From a virus, in the IMG/VR virus record IMGVR_UViG_3300045988_000105, positions 1 to 5,930 of that record: a stretch of DNA of 5,930 nt; one strand, 5' to 3'. Positions 3,407 to 5,930 of the stretch are shown piece after piece. The first letter of the stretch is position 1, and each line of letters starts with the position of its first letter. The position numbers and the translations under genes are program-made. The notes under the pieces are model-generated. The model saw only the letters and a list, made by a program, of their open reading frames with translations, had not been told where the DNA came from and made no database searches.

Positions 3407-5086
3407 ATGAAATTTTCTCCTGATTTGCTTAAGGCAGCTGACCATTGTCAGCATCGTTCATTTATTACGAACAAGTACACCGGTGCACGCATTGCTGTAG
3501 ATTGCGGTCAATGCGATTATTGTATCCATAAGAAGGCCCAGAAGGCGTCTATGCGAGTGAAGACCGCTGGAAGTGCTTTCAAGTTTTCTTACTTTGTTAC
3601 ACTTACGTATGATAATGAGCATATTCCTCTTATGAGTTGTAAGGTTCTCCATAGTGAATACGAGGATGCTGTAGGCATTTCAGGAGATATTCATTTTGGT
3701 AATGAATACCATGATTATATCCCTGTTTCCGACTATCAATGTGATGATAGCTCCGCATTGCGTCATATATTTTTCGAACAGGTACAGGGTACTGTTCCGT
3801 ATGACCGTAGAATTAAGGAGTATGTTCCTGTTAAGGACAATTGGTTCCTTAGTATGGATGCTATTCGTAGTTTTATCAGTAAGTCGCAAGCCGTTGATAA
3901 GACGGACTATCCCGTTTCTTCACAATACGGTTGTGATAATCTTATTCCCTTCCTGAACTATGTTGATGTTCAGAATTACATAAAACGTTTACGTAAATAT
4001 TTATTTAATAAATTAGGCTTCTATGGATCGCTACATTTCTACGCTGTGGGCGAATATGGTCCAGTTCATTTCCGTCCGCATTTCCATTTGTTACTATTCA
4101 CGAACTCGAACGAAGTCGCAGAGGTTCTACGACAATGTCACGATAAGAGTTGGACGTTCGGTCGTTCAGATTTCCAACGTTCCGCTGGTGGAGCTGCGTC
4201 GTACGTGTCGAGTTACGTTAATAGCCTTAGTGCTGCTCCCTTATTATATCGCTCATGCCGCTCATTTAGACCCAGGTCGAGAGCGTCTGTTGGATTCTTT
4301 GAAAAAGGTTGCGATTTCGTGGAGAGTGATGACCCTTATGCGCAAATTAAGAAAAAAATCGATTCTGTCGTTAACGGAAGAAGCTACAACTTCGGCGGTG
4401 TCTGTGTTCGGTCAACTCCACCCATGTCGTATATCCGTACCTTACTCCCCCGATTCTCGTCTGCTCGCAATGACGATAGTATTGCGATTGTTAGAATTCT
4501 TTGCGCTGTTCACCGAACGTCAGCAAGAATTGCGAAATTCGGATTCGTCGATTACAGACAGGACTCGGTCTTAAGTCTTGTTCGTGCTTATTATCAATAT
4601 CTTAAATGTAATCCTATTCTTACTGATGATGACAAGATTATATTACATTCTACTCGGTGTCTTACTAGGTTTGTTAACTGTTCTAGTGATGTCGATATTG
4701 AATCTTATATTAATAAGTTGTATAGGCTATTCTTACATGTCTATAAATTCTTCCGGAATTGGCATTTGCCTGAGTTCGGCTCTGATCTTAGTGCTTATTC
4801 CGGTCGTATTATGTTTATTATTGCGACGGGCATAGAGTATGAGAAGAAAAAAAATTATGAAAGTCTACGAGATGCGTTCAACGTACGTTCCGCTAACCCG
4901 GACATATCGGATTGTATGTTTGCGTTGCCTGCGAACGGGCAGGAGCGTGATGTCTTGTCGGATATTACATTTGAAACGGTTCAACTTCTTGAGCAACTCC
5001 GGTACCGTAGTGCGACATACTGTCGTGATATGATTAAGCACAAGAAGCTTAATGATGCTAATGATATTTTTAACCGTATGGTTTAG
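3407..5086 (+). CDS. VP4: Rolling-circle replication initiation protein (Microviridae VP4 / phiX174 A analogue), HUH endonuclease, 559 aa.
   Basis: Cys cluster CQH...CGQCDYC near the N-terminus. Motif I FVTLTY (3593-3610). KRLRK...VGEYG, then the HUH motif PHFHLLLF (HFH at 4079-4087). Two-tyrosine motif YVSSY (4202-4216). I prefer ATG 3407; the tracked start at 3383 is a TTG eight codons upstream. Stop is TAG at 5084-5086. Confidence 0.93.
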   Translation: MKFSPDLLKAADHCQHRSFITNKYTGARIAVDCGQCDYCIHKKAQKASMRVKTAGSAFKFSYFVTLTYDNEHIPLMSCKVLHSEYEDAVGISGDIHFGNEYHDYIPVSDYQCDDSSALRHIFFEQVQGTVPYDRRIKEYVPVKDNWFLSMDAIRSFISKSQAVDKTDYPVSSQYGCDNLIPFLNYVDVQNYIKRLRKYLFNKLGFYGSLHFYAVGEYGPVHFRPHFHLLLFTNSNEVAEVLRQCHDKSWTFGRSDFQRSAGGAASYVSSYVNSLSAAPLLYRSCRSFRPRSRASVGFFEKGCDFVESDDPYAQIKKKIDSVVNGRSYNFGGVCVRSTPPMSYIRTLLPRFSSARNDDSIAIVRILCAVHRTSARIAKFGFVDYRQDSVLSLVRAYYQYLKCNPILTDDDKIILHSTRCLTRFVNCSSDVDIESYINKLYRLFLHVYKFFRNWHLPEFGSDLSAYSGRIMFIIATGIEYEKKKNYESLRDAFNVRSANPDISDCMFALPANGQERDVLSDITFETVQLLEQLRYRSATYCRDMIKHKKLNDANDIFNRMV

Positions 5087-5097
5087 CCATGCGGTTT

Positions 5098-5113
5098 AAT
5101 TCTATAATTCTAT
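5098..5113 (+). repeat. Tandem 8-mer (AATTCTAT)x2 in the 46-nt rep-capsid spacer.
   Basis: AATTCTAT occurs at 5098-5105 and 5106-5113, followed by AA. It overlaps a near-miss -7 box, TAacTTTa (5113-5120). Confidence 0.65.
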
Positions 5114-5132
5114 AACTTTAATTTTATTAATT

Positions 5133-5930
5133 ATGAGTGATTTTAATCCTCTTGATCGAGCGAGGATTTCTACGCATCGATCTTCCTTCGACTTAAGTTC
5201 GAAGAAACTGTTCACCGCTAAGGTTGGTGAAATCTTGCCATGCTATTGGCAAATTGCTATCCCTGGAAATAAATATCGTATTTCCTCGGATTGGTTTACC
5301 CGTACCGTTCCTGTTAATACGGCTGCTTATACCCGTATTAAGGAGTATTATGACTTCTACGCTGTTCCGTTACGCCTGATTTCTCGTGCGCTTCCACAGG
5401 CATTTACCCAGATGACGGATTATATGACGAGTGCTGCTAGTGGTGATAAGAATACTGCTGCGTTAAGTTCTGTTCCTTATACTCCTATGTCTCAGTTTAG
5501 TACTCTGTTGCAAACTGCGAATGCTGGAGATCAGCCTAATACTCGTGATGATGCTGGTCTTCCTTATGTCTATGGCGCTTGTAAGTTATTGGATCTACTT
5601 GGTTATGGCTCTATGATTGGTAGTTCTAATACAGGTAAGGCTGCGATTACTAAGGATTATTTAGGCCTTGACAATGTCGGTGATTCGGATAATCCTCTTG
5701 TATATGATAAAAGTCAGACGGTTAATATGCTTCCTATCCTTGCTTATCAGAAGATCTATTTCGATTTCTTCAGTAACTCCCAATGGGAGAAGCATTTAGC
5801 TTATGCTTATAATGTGGATTATTGGCAAGGTACTAGTTTTGTTACGTTATATGCTGATATGCTTAAGATGCGCTATGCTAATTACCCGAAGGACTATTTT
5901 ATGGGTATGTTGCCTTCTTCTCAATATGGC
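5133..5930 (+). CDS. VP1: Major capsid protein (Microviridae F/VP1), N-terminal 266 codons; open at the window end and continues at base 100 of the window (5832-5930 = 1-99).
   Basis: ATG at 5133 with no stop to the window edge, so the ORF track misses it. My translation is MSDFNPLDRARISTHRSSFDLSSKKLFTAKVGEILPCYWQIAIPGNKYRISSDWFTRTVPVNTAAYTRIKEYYDFYAVPLRLI... This follows the N-terminal pattern of microvirus F proteins: (H/F)DLS, G-x-(I/L), PG-x, then D-(I/F)-(F/Y)-x-F/A-(Y)VP-x-R. Confidence 0.9.
   Translation, partial: MSDFNPLDRARISTHRSSFDLSSKKLFTAKVGEILPCYWQIAIPGNKYRISSDWFTRTVPVNTAAYTRIKEYYDFYAVPLRLISRALPQAFTQMTDYMTSAASGDKNTAALSSVPYTPMSQFSTLLQTANAGDQPNTRDDAGLPYVYGACKLLDLLGYGSMIGSSNTGKAAITKDYLGLDNVGDSDNPLVYDKSQTVNMLPILAYQKIYFDFFSNSQWEKHLAYAYNVDYWQGTSFVTLYADMLKMRYANYPKDYFMGMLPSSQYG
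5832..5930 (+). repeat. 99-nt exact duplicate of bases 1-99 (circular-assembly overlap).
   Basis: Base-by-base comparison shows identity over all 99 nt. The repeat lies inside the capsid ORF and preserves its frame. Confidence 0.97.

Noticed and set aside
3458-3889. Minus-strand ORFs 3458-3652 and 3680-3889, antisense to rep.
   Set aside because: Short antisense ORFs inside rep with no independent support.
1-5930. tRNA/rRNA genes, CRISPR arrays, integrase or transposase, toxin-antitoxin or defence or anti-defence cassettes.
   Set aside because: I found no cloverleaf-compatible sequence, no spaced direct-repeat array, and no unassigned ORF long enough for such a gene. The coding capacity is fully used by the microvirus core genes and two tiny ORFs.

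Overview
The window is a complete circular genome of a small ssDNA phage (family Microviridae), linearised inside its major capsid gene. Bases 1-99 recur exactly at 5832-5930, so the unit genome is 5831 nt. All credible genes are on the + strand. In order they are: major capsid protein VP1/F (ATG 5133, wraps through the junction, stops at 1047; 581 codons); an acidic 147-aa protein (1058-1501, possibly a scaffolding protein); DNA-pilot/minor capsid protein VP2/H (1498-2661); a 425-nt ORF-free island (2662-3086); two tiny ORFs (65 aa at 3087-3284, and a 27-aa single-TM peptide at 3271-3354); and a large HUH rolling-circle replication initiator VP4/A (3407-5086, 559 aa). The ORF-free island is hairpin-dense and compositionally atypical, and it ends in a Bacteroides-type promoter (TTTG-N20-TAcTTTTG, 3005-3036). 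That promoter type and the absence of Shine-Dalgarno motifs suggest a Bacteroidota host (Alpavirinae-like gut microvirus). This is inference only, because no database search was possible. The most interesting signals are in the noncoding island: at least eight stem-loops, two copies of the ultra-stable DNA mini-hairpin GCGAAGC 19 nt apart, and three TATACACC repeats. I read the island as a candidate complementary-strand origin or Rep/host-factor recognition region. Secondary signals are the tiny membrane peptide (a lysis candidate), an oversized Rep with unexplained extra regions, and a patchy CpG-rich mosaic inside rep that coincides with a 183-codon alternative-frame ORF. I saw no tRNA, rRNA, CRISPR array, integrase or transposase.
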